A stretch of DNA of 48,624 nt from Chloroflexota bacterium. Lineage in GTDB: Bacteria; Chloroflexota; Anaerolineae; B4-G1. The number at the start of each line of letters is the position of its first letter. Positions within the stretch are counted from its first letter, which is position 1. The notes under the pieces were generated by a model. The model did no database searches. It was not told where the DNA came from and saw only the letters and a program-made list of their open reading frames with translations. The stretch covers positions 1-48,624 of the forward strand of contig DSDT01000399.1 in NCBI GenBank assembly GCA_011048615.1, in the 5' to 3' direction. Position numbers and translations under genes: made by a program. Of this stretch, positions 8,162 to 17,168 are shown piece after piece.

Positions 8162-9430
8162 CTATGGCACCTGAATGCGCAGGTGAACTGGATCCACGTG
8201 ATAATTGACTAGCGAGATCTCGACGTCTTCGTGGATCAGGGAGGCGTAGCAGTACTGGGGATTGCGGGCCGCGACATAGTCCACGAAGCGGATGCCGCCA
8301 GTGATCACCGCTCGCGCGCCGGCTGGCAGGTAGACGTATTCGCTCCCCTCTCTCTCTATCGTGACCAGGTCATCCGGGCCGCCAATCGCCCAACGCCAGG
8401 GGTGGTCTATGGGGCTTGTCTCGCAGTGAATGGCCACCCGGAAGGCCCCCGACTGCTCGTATTCACCTAGCGAGGCATAGTTCTGGTCGCTCTGGTACAC
8501 GGTGCCGGGCGGGGGACCGCTGGTGCGGATGGGCACTGTACTATCGTTTTCGACGGTCAGGGTAAAATAGAGGGTATCGTTCAGGGGGATGGATCCGCTG
8601 GACCATTCCACCTCGCCGTTGAGGATGTAGGCCCGGGGCACACCGCCGTCCTCGATAGTCAGCGTGCCGGTCGCTCTGGTCCACTGTCCCACGCTGTCCC
8701 GGGCCTCCATGATCACGGTGTACGTGCCGTCGGGGGGCGGGTCTGCGCCCAAGTCCACGCCGGCGTCATAGTCGAACTGGTGCCAGCCGGCCTCGTTGAT
8801 CGGCGTCGCCATCTCTTTTTCCCTCACGTGATACCGCGTGCCGGCATCGTCCATCAGGTAGACGTTCAGCTCCTCGACGTCTTTTTTGAGGTCCACGTTG
8901 ATGGTCACGCGGTCGCGGATGCTGTCGCGGTTGGGACTAAAGACGGGGGGATGGATGCTGAATCCACGCAGTTCTGGCAAGGTCGTGTCGGCGTCGGCGA
9001 TGGTGAGCGAGCCGGTGGCCCGCTCGGTGACGCCCTGGGCGTCGGTCGCCTCCACTGTCCAGGTGTAGTGACCGTTCTGGAGCACCCGTCTCTCCACCAT
9101 AAATCCCTCAAACGTCTCGCCAGGCAGGGTGTATCCCGCGACCACGCCAGCAAAGTGGAGCTGGTATGGCTCCTCGACGGAGGGGGCGTGGTGGATGTGA
9201 TCGCGGAAATAGTAGCGCTGACCGGTTCCGTCCTCAAAGTAAATCGAAATGGCAGCGCTGCGATTCAGTTGGTACGTAATCACCAGGACATCGTTGTCGT
9301 GGTCGGCGTTGGGCGTGATCTGATCTGTTGAAAAAGAGACATCGGTCAGGAGGGGTTTTTCTCCACAGGCGGTCAGGGTGAGAGCCAGCAGGCCGAGCAG
9401 GGTCGCAGCGATGATGTGCCGGATTTGCAA
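8162..9430 (-). CDS. Secreted lipoprotein with duplicated FlgD-Ig-like (F/I-x-PN-x-D) plus beta-domain modules
   Basis: Signal peptide with lipobox: LLALTLTAC. There is an internal duplication. ITPNADHDNDVLVITY...GHYTWTVEATDAQGVTERATGSLTIAD is repeated as FSPNRDSIRDRVTINV...DGTYTVIMEARDSVGQWTRATGTLTIED. Confidence 0.7.
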   Translation of the reverse strand: MQIRHIIAATLLGLLALTLTACGEKPLLTDVSFSTDQITPNADHDNDVLVITYQLNRSAAISIYFEDGTGQRYYFRDHIHHAPSVEEPYQLHFAGVVAGYTLPGETFEGFMVERRVLQNGHYTWTVEATDAQGVTERATGSLTIADADTTLPELRGFSIHPPVFSPNRDSIRDRVTINVDLKKDVEELNVYLMDDAGTRYHVREKEMATPINEAGWHQFDYDAGVDLGADPPPDGTYTVIMEARDSVGQWTRATGTLTIEDGGVPRAYILNGEVEWSSGSIPLNDTLYFTLTVENDSTVPIRTSGPPPGTVYQSDQNYASLGEYEQSGAFRVAIHCETSPIDHPWRWAIGGPDDLVTIEREGSEYVYLPAGARAVITGGIRFVDYVAARNPQYCYASLIHEDVEISLVNYHVDPVHLRIQVP

Positions 9431-9518
9431 AATAAACCTCCCTGGTTAGAATAGGAGAACTCGGTGACAGTATACCATCAATGGTCTAATTTACCAGTCT
9501 GACCAATCCCGGGCGGAC

Positions 9519-9546
9519 TTGCAATTCCTCGGAAAAAGAGTACAAT
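9519..9546 (+). promoter_or_regulatory. Sigma-70-like promoter: TTGCAA-16 nt-TACAAT
   Basis: TTGCAA at 9519..9524 and TACAAT at 9541..9546, directly upstream of folC. Confidence 0.35.
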
Positions 9547-9565
9547 CCGCACCCACTTGCGAACC

Positions 9566-10933
9566 ATGGACTATTTAGAAACTATTGCCTATCTCCATAG
9601 CCTCACGGACTATGAAAAGACGCGCATCGAGCGGTATACGCCCGAGACGCTTGACCTGTCGCGGGTCGAGCGGCTGCTCGCGCGGTTAGGCGATCCGCAC
9701 ACCCGTTTTCCGGCGATCCACATTGCCGGGACGAAGGGAAAAGGGTCCAGCGCGGCGTTGTGCGAGTCCTGTCTACGAGCGGCAGGTTACCGGACTGGGT
9801 TCTACACGTCGCCCCATCTTCATACCTTCCGGGAGCGAATTCAGGTGGCCGGGCGAAAAATTTCGCAGGACGAGGTAGTGGCCCTGGTGGACGAGCTGCG
9901 GCCCCTGATGGAGCAGGTGCCCGGCGTGACCACGTTCGAGGCTATCACGGTCATCGGGTTGCTCTGTTTCGCCCGGGCTGAGGTGGACATAGCGGTAGTC
10001 GAGGTGGGATTGGGAGGGCGGCTGGACGCCACCAACGTGTTGCAGCCGGAGGTATCCGTCATCACCTCCCTCAGCCTCGATCATACGTATCTGTTGGGGG
10101 ATACGCTGGCGGAAATTGCACGGGAAAAGGCCGGCATCATCAAACCGGGAGTGCCGGTGGTGAGCGCGCCTCAGCGGGCTGAGGCGATCAGGGTGGTCGA
10201 GGACATCAGTAAGAGGCGGCAGGCTCCTCTGTTGGAGGTTGGTCGGGACTGGGATTACAGGCCGGGGTTGGCCGATCTGGAGGGGCAGGTGTTTACCGTG
10301 CAGCGCATCGCCGATGGGGGATCGGACCTGGATGGCGCGTACTGGATCCCGCTGTTGGGTCGCCACCAGTTGGAGAACGCGGCTAATGCTATTGCGGCGT
10401 TGGACGTTTTGCATCGGCGGGGGTTCCAGATTTCGGCCGGGGCGGTGCGGGAGGGACTGCGCACGGTGCGGTGGCCGGGACGTCTGGAGATTCTCAGCCG
10501 GAACCCGCTGGTGGTCGTGGACTGTGCACACAATTCCTACTCGGCCCAAGTGCTGCGGGAGGCGCTGGCGGAATGGTTCCCAGGTCGTCAATGGGTGCTG
10601 CTCTTTGGCGCATCGGCCGACAAAGACATCGCTGGGATTTTGGAGGCCCTGTTGCCGATCAGTGAGTACGTCATCGTCACTCGCTCCGATCATCCCCGGG
10701 CGGCAACGCCGATTGAATTGGCCGACGTCGTCGCCTCTGGGGGAGGGGGAGCAGAGGTATGCGTGAACGTGAGAAAATCGCTTCGTCGGGGACTGGCGAT
10801 GATGGATCCGGGCAGTGGGTTGTTAGCGACGGGATCCATCTTTTTGGTGGCCGATGTGCGTGAGGAGTGGGCTTTTCGCACTGGAGCGCCGGTACCAGAT
10901 AACGATGCTGCGCGAGATATAGGGGTAAGGTAA
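9566..10933 (+). CDS. folC: Bifunctional folylpolyglutamate synthase / dihydrofolate synthase
   Basis: Mur-ligase P-loop HIAGTKGKGS. FolC-typical N-terminus (YLHSLTDYEKTR) and length. Start is ATG 9566; TTG 9557 is also in frame. Confidence 0.9.
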   Translation: MDYLETIAYLHSLTDYEKTRIERYTPETLDLSRVERLLARLGDPHTRFPAIHIAGTKGKGSSAALCESCLRAAGYRTGFYTSPHLHTFRERIQVAGRKISQDEVVALVDELRPLMEQVPGVTTFEAITVIGLLCFARAEVDIAVVEVGLGGRLDATNVLQPEVSVITSLSLDHTYLLGDTLAEIAREKAGIIKPGVPVVSAPQRAEAIRVVEDISKRRQAPLLEVGRDWDYRPGLADLEGQVFTVQRIADGGSDLDGAYWIPLLGRHQLENAANAIAALDVLHRRGFQISAGAVREGLRTVRWPGRLEILSRNPLVVVDCAHNSYSAQVLREALAEWFPGRQWVLLFGASADKDIAGILEALLPISEYVIVTRSDHPRAATPIELADVVASGGGGAEVCVNVRKSLRRGLAMMDPGSGLLATGSIFLVADVREEWAFRTGAPVPDNDAARDIGVR

Positions 10934-10940
10934 AGAAGGT

Positions 10941-13415
10941 ATGAGAGACAGAATGTTTCACGATTGGTGGTCGCAGATGGGATGGTCCCAGGGAATCCCT
11001 TTTTCCATAAATGACATGGATTTCATCGGCGAGGGGGGATTGCAGACCGCTCCTGGTGGGGTTATCGAGGCGCCCCTCCTCCCCTTGCGCGACATGGTGA
11101 TGTTTCCGCGCATGGTCACCCCCTTGTTCGTAGGGCGGGATTTTTCGATCGAGGCGATCGAAGCGGCTCAGGAGCTGGGGGAGCCCCTCATCACGGTCGC
11201 CCAGCGGGATGTCGAGATGGTCGAGCCAGGGCCCGAGGATCTCTTTACCATCGGCACCGAGGCCGAGATCGGGCGTATGCTGCGTATGCCGGACGGGACC
11301 ATCAGCGTGCTCAGCCAGGGTATCCAACGGGTGCAGGTCCTCGAGTACATCCACCTGGAGCCCTACATTCGCGTGCGCGCTTTGCCCATCTATGAAACGT
11401 CGGACAAGACTGCTCTGACCGAGGCCCTGATGCGGGCGGTGCTGGCGCTCTTTGAGAAGGTGGTGCAGCTCAACCGCAATCTATCCGAAGAGGCCTATGT
11501 ATTTGCCATCAACATCCAGGATCCGGGTTGGCTGGCCGACTTGATGGCGCAGGCGTTGGATTTGGAGATTTCCAAGCGGCAAGAGGTCCTGGAGACGCTG
11601 GATGTGGCCGAGCGGTTGCAGCGGGTGAGCGTGTTGTTGGCCCAGGAGCTGGATGTGTTGGAGCTGGAGGATCACATTCACTCCCAGGTGCAGCAAGAAC
11701 TGGACAAGGCCCAGCGGGAATACTTTTTGCGGGAGCAGATGAAGGTCATCCAGACCGAGTTGGGCGAGTCGGACATTTACACACAAGAGGTCAACGAGCT
11801 GCGTGAGCGGATCGCCGAGATGGACCTGCCAGAGGAGGTCGAGGCGCGGGTGGAGAAGGAGTTGGACCGGTTGGGCTCGATGCCGCCTATGTCGCCTGAG
11901 ACCGGCATGATCCGTACCTACCTGGATTGGCTGATCGAGCTACCGTGGACTGAGACCACCGAGGACAACCTGGACGTTGCCCACGTGGAGGAGGTGCTCG
12001 AATCCTGTCACTATGGACTGCCCAAGGCAAAGGAGCGGATTCTGGAATATATCGCAGTGCGCCGTCTGGCGGCCAACAAGATGCGCAGTCCGATTCTCTG
12101 CTTCGTGGGGCCGCCCGGGACGGGCAAAACCTCGCTGGGACAATCCATTGCCGACGCTCTGGGGCGCAAGTTCGTCCGGGTGAGCTTGGGTGGAGTGCGG
12201 GACGAGGCCGAGATTCGCGGTCATCGCCGCACCTACATCGGCTCGCTGCCGGGCCGCATCATCCAGACGATGCGCCGGGCCGGCACGGTCAACCCGCTGT
12301 TTATGCTCGATGAAGTGGACAAGCTGGGGCTTGATTTTCGAGGCGATCCATCGGCGGCTCTGCTGGAAGTGCTGGACCCCGAGCAGAATTACGCCTTCTC
12401 CGACCATTATCTCGAAGTGCCCTACGATCTTTCCAAGGTTCTCTTTATCACCACAGCCAATATCCTGGACCCCATTCCCCCGGCCTTGCAGGATCGGATG
12501 GAGGTGATCGAGTTTCCCGGTTACGTGGACGAGGAAAAGCTCGAGATCGCACGGCGGTTTTTGATCCCCCGCCAGTTGGAGGAGCACGGGCTGGACGAGT
12601 ACGTCATCAATTTTACCGAGGGGACGCTGCGGACGATCATCCGCGAGTACACCTACGAGGCCGGGGTGCGCAATCTGGATCGCAAGATCGCCATGGTTTG
12701 TCGCAAGATCGCTCGCCACCTGGCAGAGGGAAAGTCGCCGCCCCAGCGTGTCACGGCCCGCTCTCTGAGCACTCATCTGGGCCCACCACAGTTTACCCAT
12801 GGACTGGCGGAGAAACAGGACGATGTGGGAATCGCTACCGGGGTAGCGTGGACCGAGGCCGGGGGGGATTTGATGCTCGTCGAGGTGGTCCTGATGCCGG
12901 GCAAGGGGAATCTGACGTTGACAGGCCAGTTGGGGGATGTGCTGCAAGAGTCGGCCCAGGCGGCTCTGAGTTACGCCCGCGCTCGCAGTGAGGATCTGGG
13001 CATGGACGAGGATCTGTTCGACAAGACGGACATCCACATCCACCTGCCAGAGGGCGCTATTCCGAAGGATGGCCCCTCGGCCGGGATTACGATTGCGACG
13101 GCGCTTATCTCTGCTCTCACCGGTCGCGCTGTACACCACGACGTGGGAATGACGGGGGAGATCACGCTGCGAGGGCGGGTGCTACCCATCGGCGGTCTGC
13201 GGGAAAAGATGCTGACGGCCCATCGCTCTGGCCTCAAGACCATCATTATTCCCGAGCGCAACAAGAAGGACCTGGTCGAGATTCCCCGGAAGGTGAAGCG
13301 GGGGATTCGCACGGTCCTGGTCGAGCAGATGGACGAGGTGTTGGAGGTGGCGCTGCTGCCACCGGAATCGTCCCGCTCGTCCTCCCGGCTGCGGCGGCGC
13401 AGAGCGACCCACTGA
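10941..13415 (+). CDS. lon: ATP-dependent Lon protease (LonA)
   Basis: LON N-domain (PLLPLRDMVMFP), AAA+ Walker A (GPPGTGKTS) and a protease domain with catalytic Ser (KDGPSAGI). The start is ambiguous among several in-frame ATGs between 10941 and 11016. Confidence 0.95.
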   Translation: MRDRMFHDWWSQMGWSQGIPFSINDMDFIGEGGLQTAPGGVIEAPLLPLRDMVMFPRMVTPLFVGRDFSIEAIEAAQELGEPLITVAQRDVEMVEPGPEDLFTIGTEAEIGRMLRMPDGTISVLSQGIQRVQVLEYIHLEPYIRVRALPIYETSDKTALTEALMRAVLALFEKVVQLNRNLSEEAYVFAINIQDPGWLADLMAQALDLEISKRQEVLETLDVAERLQRVSVLLAQELDVLELEDHIHSQVQQELDKAQREYFLREQMKVIQTELGESDIYTQEVNELRERIAEMDLPEEVEARVEKELDRLGSMPPMSPETGMIRTYLDWLIELPWTETTEDNLDVAHVEEVLESCHYGLPKAKERILEYIAVRRLAANKMRSPILCFVGPPGTGKTSLGQSIADALGRKFVRVSLGGVRDEAEIRGHRRTYIGSLPGRIIQTMRRAGTVNPLFMLDEVDKLGLDFRGDPSAALLEVLDPEQNYAFSDHYLEVPYDLSKVLFITTANILDPIPPALQDRMEVIEFPGYVDEEKLEIARRFLIPRQLEEHGLDEYVINFTEGTLRTIIREYTYEAGVRNLDRKIAMVCRKIARHLAEGKSPPQRVTARSLSTHLGPPQFTHGLAEKQDDVGIATGVAWTEAGGDLMLVEVVLMPGKGNLTLTGQLGDVLQESAQAALSYARARSEDLGMDEDLFDKTDIHIHLPEGAIPKDGPSAGITIATALISALTGRAVHHDVGMTGEITLRGRVLPIGGLREKMLTAHRSGLKTIIIPERNKKDLVEIPRKVKRGIRTVLVEQMDEVLEVALLPPESSRSSSRLRRRRATH

Positions 13416-14310
13416 GCAAGAACCCCGCCAACCCGTCGGCCCCGGAGGTCGCGCCGTGAGCCAGAAGGTGCTGCACGGCGGCCGCGATGCGATCTGGGGC
13501 GTGGCTCAGGGCCGTCAACAGCCTGTGCCAGTCCGCGCTGCATTCCCCTCGGGCCGCGGCCCGCAGAAACGCGGCCGAGAGGGTCGTGGTGCGGGGGACG
13601 GCTACCTCGACGATGGTGCGGCCGAGACGTTCAGGGGTGGGGTGGAAGAGCCACAGTCCGATCATTCCTCCCACCAGCAGATCATCGCCGGCCGGGGTCA
13701 GTCCGTTCCCCAGCCCCGCCAACTGCTCGACGGATGCGCGCAAGCGGGCATCATCTTTCCCTTTTTCCATCGTCAGCAGGTGTATGGCCGTCCGCGCGGT
13801 CGAGGAGATGCGGGCGGCGAGCAGAGAGGGGGGATGGTCGCCGGAGGGCTCGTATAACAGGGTCAGGAGACTATCCTCCGGCGCGCAGCGCTGGCACAGA
13901 TCGTGTAGGAGCGGCAGTCGGGCAGCGATGTCTGCCCGTCGAGACCGCAGTTCGTTCCAGTCGGGGTGGGGTTCCCATGGCGTCGCACAGCCCAGCTCGA
14001 CGCCCAGGTCACCGATGCGGAGATGCGTTCCCTCCATTCTCACGACGGTGCCGACGTCGAGAGGGGTGAACAGGCCCGCTTTCCCCTCGATCACGATGTT
14101 GAGGGGGCCGTCGCCGACCGGAGGGAGCACCACAGCGATCACGTCGCCGGCGGCGGTGACCAGGTTGCAGGCCTGTCGGAAGACGGCCAGCACGTGGGCG
14201 GTCTCCAGGCGGCACAACTGCTCGCTCACCGGGCGACTGATGGATCGGGCGGTCGTCCACCGGAGCCCTGAATATCCGCGCTGGACAAAACGTTCAAAAT
14301 CCTGTATCAT
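13246..14310 (-). CDS. DUF2877 (AllH-like) domain protein
   Basis: N-terminal and central regions resemble the DUF2877 family (GDGPLNIVIEG..., LAGLGNGLTPAGDDLLVGGMIG). The last ~56 codons are low-complexity and lie antisense to the lon 3' end, so the true C-terminus is uncertain. Confidence 0.6.
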   Translation of the reverse strand: MIQDFERFVQRGYSGLRWTTARSISRPVSEQLCRLETAHVLAVFRQACNLVTAAGDVIAVVLPPVGDGPLNIVIEGKAGLFTPLDVGTVVRMEGTHLRIGDLGVELGCATPWEPHPDWNELRSRRADIAARLPLLHDLCQRCAPEDSLLTLLYEPSGDHPPSLLAARISSTARTAIHLLTMEKGKDDARLRASVEQLAGLGNGLTPAGDDLLVGGMIGLWLFHPTPERLGRTIVEVAVPRTTTLSAAFLRAAARGECSADWHRLLTALSHAPDRIAAAVQHLLAHGATSGADGLAGFLLSGSLCAAAAGRTSGTIPVAAAPPPTPRPSARPGPCESPASPSGESRPGPSCCARE

Positions 14311-14420
14311 TTCAGCACTCGATTTTTCTTACGCTTTGCAGGGTGGGAAAGGCGCGCGTATGACGGGCGGAGCTGCTCTCCCCTTTTGATAAGGGTACAC
14401 CAGGAAGGATAAAAGTTCAA

Positions 14421-15485
14421 GTGGATCACACACAAGCGTTGTTAAAAGAGTTGACCGAGGCGCACGGCGTCTCTGGGTACGAGGTCGAGGTGCGGGCTAT
14501 CGTGCGCCATCACGTCGAGTCCCTGGGTTTCATCGAGCAGGACCGGATCGGCAGCTTGATCTGCCGTCAAGGGGAGACGGGCCCCCGGGTGATGCTGGCA
14601 GGGCACATGGACGAGATTGGGTTCATGGTGCATTACGTCACCAAGGAGGGATTCCTCAAGTTCCATCCCCTGGGCGGCTGGTGGGACCAGGTGCTGCTGG
14701 GCCAGCAGGTCATCGTCAAGACCCACCAGGGGGACGTGATGGGGATCATCGGGGCCAAGCCACCGCACCACCTTTCGGCCGACGAACGGAAAAAGGTGGT
14801 GGAGAAGAAGGACATGTACGTCGACATCGGCGCCACCTCGAAGGAGGAGGTGGAGGAGGCCGGCGTGCGCTTGGGGGATCCGATTGTGCCGGCCAGCGCG
14901 TTCCAGGTGTTGGCCAACGGTAAATCCTACATGTGCAAGGCGCTCGACGACCGGGTGGGGGTGGCGTTGATGATTGACGCGCTGGCTCATTTTTCCAAGA
15001 CGCCCGGCCCCAACGTGCTGTACGGGGTCGCCACAGTGATGGAGGAGGTCGGGACGCGGGGGGCCAAGACCAGCGTCGAGGTGGTGGATCCAGACGTGGC
15101 GATCATCCTGGAGGTGGACATCTGCGGCGACGTGCCCGGCATCGAGCCGGAGGAATCGGACGTCAAGTTGGGCGGCGGGCCCAGTCTCTCGCTGCTGGAC
15201 GCCCGCATGATCCCCAATCTCAAGCTGCGGGACCTGGTGATTGAGACGGCGCAGGAACTAGAGATTCCGCTCCAATTTGCCACCATGCTCGGCGGCGCAA
15301 CGGACGGCTCGCAGGTTCACCTGCACCGCATCGGGGTGCCCACGGTGGTGCTGAGCGTGCCGACCCGTCATATTCACAGCCACGCCGCGATCATGCACCG
15401 GGACGATTACGACCGGACGCTGCAATTGCTGGTGGCGGTCATAGGCAAGCTGGACGCCGAGACGGTGGCGGGGCTGGTCCCCTAG
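14421..15485 (+). CDS. M42 family metallopeptidase (glutamyl aminopeptidase / FrvX-like)
   Basis: LLKELTEAHGVSGYE, GHMDEIGFMV and ALDDRVG motifs. 354 aa. GTG start. Confidence 0.9.
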   Translation: MDHTQALLKELTEAHGVSGYEVEVRAIVRHHVESLGFIEQDRIGSLICRQGETGPRVMLAGHMDEIGFMVHYVTKEGFLKFHPLGGWWDQVLLGQQVIVKTHQGDVMGIIGAKPPHHLSADERKKVVEKKDMYVDIGATSKEEVEEAGVRLGDPIVPASAFQVLANGKSYMCKALDDRVGVALMIDALAHFSKTPGPNVLYGVATVMEEVGTRGAKTSVEVVDPDVAIILEVDICGDVPGIEPEESDVKLGGGPSLSLLDARMIPNLKLRDLVIETAQELEIPLQFATMLGGATDGSQVHLHRIGVPTVVLSVPTRHIHSHAAIMHRDDYDRTLQLLVAVIGKLDAETVAGLVP

Positions 15486-16093
15486 ACCCACGTCACGTCG
15501 CCGCACAGATCGGCGGTCCGGGGGCGGGCCAGGAAAGCCTGGAAGGCGGGCCGTTCCTGTCCTACGGTGGTGTGCTCGCCGTGACCGGGATAGAGCAGCG
15601 TGGCGTCGGGCCAAGCGAATACCACGCGCTGTAGACTGAGCAGCAGGGTCTGCAGCGCGTTTGGCGTCTGGGTGTGGCCGGGCCCGCCAGGAAAGATGGC
15701 ATCTCCCACGATGGCGCGCTGATCGAAGCACACCGCCACGCTGCCGGGCGTGTGTCCGGGCAGGTGGACCACCCGCACGTAACGCCGCCCGACTCCCAGC
15801 CGCATGCCGTCTTGCAGCTCCAGGTCGGCTTGTATCCCGTACTCGGTCCCATCGGCCGGGTGGATTGCCACAGGGACCTGGAGCGTCGCCCGCACGGGGT
15901 CCAGCGCCAGGGTGTGATCAAAGTGGCCGTGGGTCAGCAGGATGCGGGTGACTTGCCAGCCCTGGCACAGTCTCAATACGTTCTCTGCGTCTCCGCCGGG
16001 ATCCACCAGCAGCGCCTTGCCAGTGTCTGGACAGGTCAGCAGGTAGCAGTTGGTCCCGTACTCGCCCACGGGCAGAGTCCACAATTTGAGCAT
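15482..16093 (-). CDS. MBL-fold metallo-hydrolase (glyoxalase II / YcbL-like)
   Basis: THGHFDH metal motif, HLPGHTPGS, 203 aa. Confidence 0.85.
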   Translation of the reverse strand: MLKLWTLPVGEYGTNCYLLTCPDTGKALLVDPGGDAENVLRLCQGWQVTRILLTHGHFDHTLALDPVRATLQVPVAIHPADGTEYGIQADLELQDGMRLGVGRRYVRVVHLPGHTPGSVAVCFDQRAIVGDAIFPGGPGHTQTPNALQTLLLSLQRVVFAWPDATLLYPGHGEHTTVGQERPAFQAFLARPRTADLCGDVTWV

Positions 16094-16124
16094 GTCTTTC
16101 CTCCATCCGATGGTTCGTTGCCGT

Positions 16125-17162
16125 TCAGCGCGTCTCGGTCACTTTGGTCAGTCCCCGGGGGTGGTCGGGATCGTATCCCTTGGACAGGGTGAGGTGGAGT
16201 GCTAACAGTTGTCCGGGCACGACGCACGTAAACGGCGAGAGCCACTCTGGCAGGACGGTCGGCAGTCGCAGTGGGGTGCGGGCCAGTCCCAGCAGCTCGC
16301 TCTGCTCCGAGATGACGATCAACTCGGCCTCACGGGCGATCAGGTCGCGGGCCAGGGCCAGCACGTCGGGGTAGACGACGCCGTGCGGCGCAACGACGAT
16401 GGCGGGAAAGCCGCGTTCGACGATGGCGACCGGGCCGTGGCGAAAGTCGGCCGAGGAGTAGGGGTCGGCGACGATGTAGGTCAGTTCCTTCAGTTTGAGC
16501 GCGATTTCAAAGGCGGTGGCATAGTTGTAGCCCCGGCCCAGGACGATGCACTCGGTGGCGTAGGTGTATCGCTGGGCGGCCAGCGCGATCGTCTCTTCCA
16601 GCCGCAGTGTCTCGGCGACCGCCTGCGGTGTGGACCGCAGGGCGGTCAGCATGTCGTCATCCTGGCTCAACTGGGCGGTCAGCAGGGCCAGAGCTGCCAG
16701 TTGGGCAGTGTAGGTCTTGGTGGCGGCCACAGCCCGCTCCTGGTCGGCGTTCAGGAGCAGGACGTGAGCGGCGGAGCGGGCCAGCGGGGAGTTGGGCGCA
16801 TTGGTCACGGCGATGGTCAGCGCGCCCTGGCGTTGGCCTTCCTCGACCACGGCTACGATGTCGGGGGATTGGCCGGATTGAGAGATGCCCAGCACCAGCG
16901 CGTCGCGCAGTTGGGGAGGCGTGTGGTAGATGGAGAAGAGCGAGGGGGTTGCCAGGGCCACAGGCAGGCCGGCCAGCGCGCCGAACAGGTATTGGGCGTA
17001 GCGGGCGGCGTTATCGGAGGTGCCGCGCGCGGCCAGGACGGCGTAGCGCACGTCCCGAGCGCGGACGGCGGCGGCGATTCGGGCGGCAGTCGCGGCCTGC
17101 TCGTCCAGCAGGCGGGCCAGGACGGCGGGCTGTTCGTGAATTTCGCGCCTCAGGTGGCTCAT
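16125..17162 (-). CDS. SIS-domain sugar-phosphate isomerase/aminotransferase-like protein (GlmS isomerase half; FrlB/AgaS-like)
   Basis: Two SIS repeats (GTSDNAA..., ISQSGQSPD) and a GlmS-like C-terminus (GLTKVTETR). There is no glutaminase domain. Confidence 0.8.
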   Translation of the reverse strand: MSHLRREIHEQPAVLARLLDEQAATAARIAAAVRARDVRYAVLAARGTSDNAARYAQYLFGALAGLPVALATPSLFSIYHTPPQLRDALVLGISQSGQSPDIVAVVEEGQRQGALTIAVTNAPNSPLARSAAHVLLLNADQERAVAATKTYTAQLAALALLTAQLSQDDDMLTALRSTPQAVAETLRLEETIALAAQRYTYATECIVLGRGYNYATAFEIALKLKELTYIVADPYSSADFRHGPVAIVERGFPAIVVAPHGVVYPDVLALARDLIAREAELIVISEQSELLGLARTPLRLPTVLPEWLSPFTCVVPGQLLALHLTLSKGYDPDHPRGLTKVTETR

Positions 17163-17168
17163 ATCGCT

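Noticed and set aside
15482-15485. Convergent M42 peptidase and MBL genes share a CTAG covering both stop codons.
   Set aside because: This is a trivial consequence of TAG being part of a palindrome. I note only that no terminator can fit between the genes.
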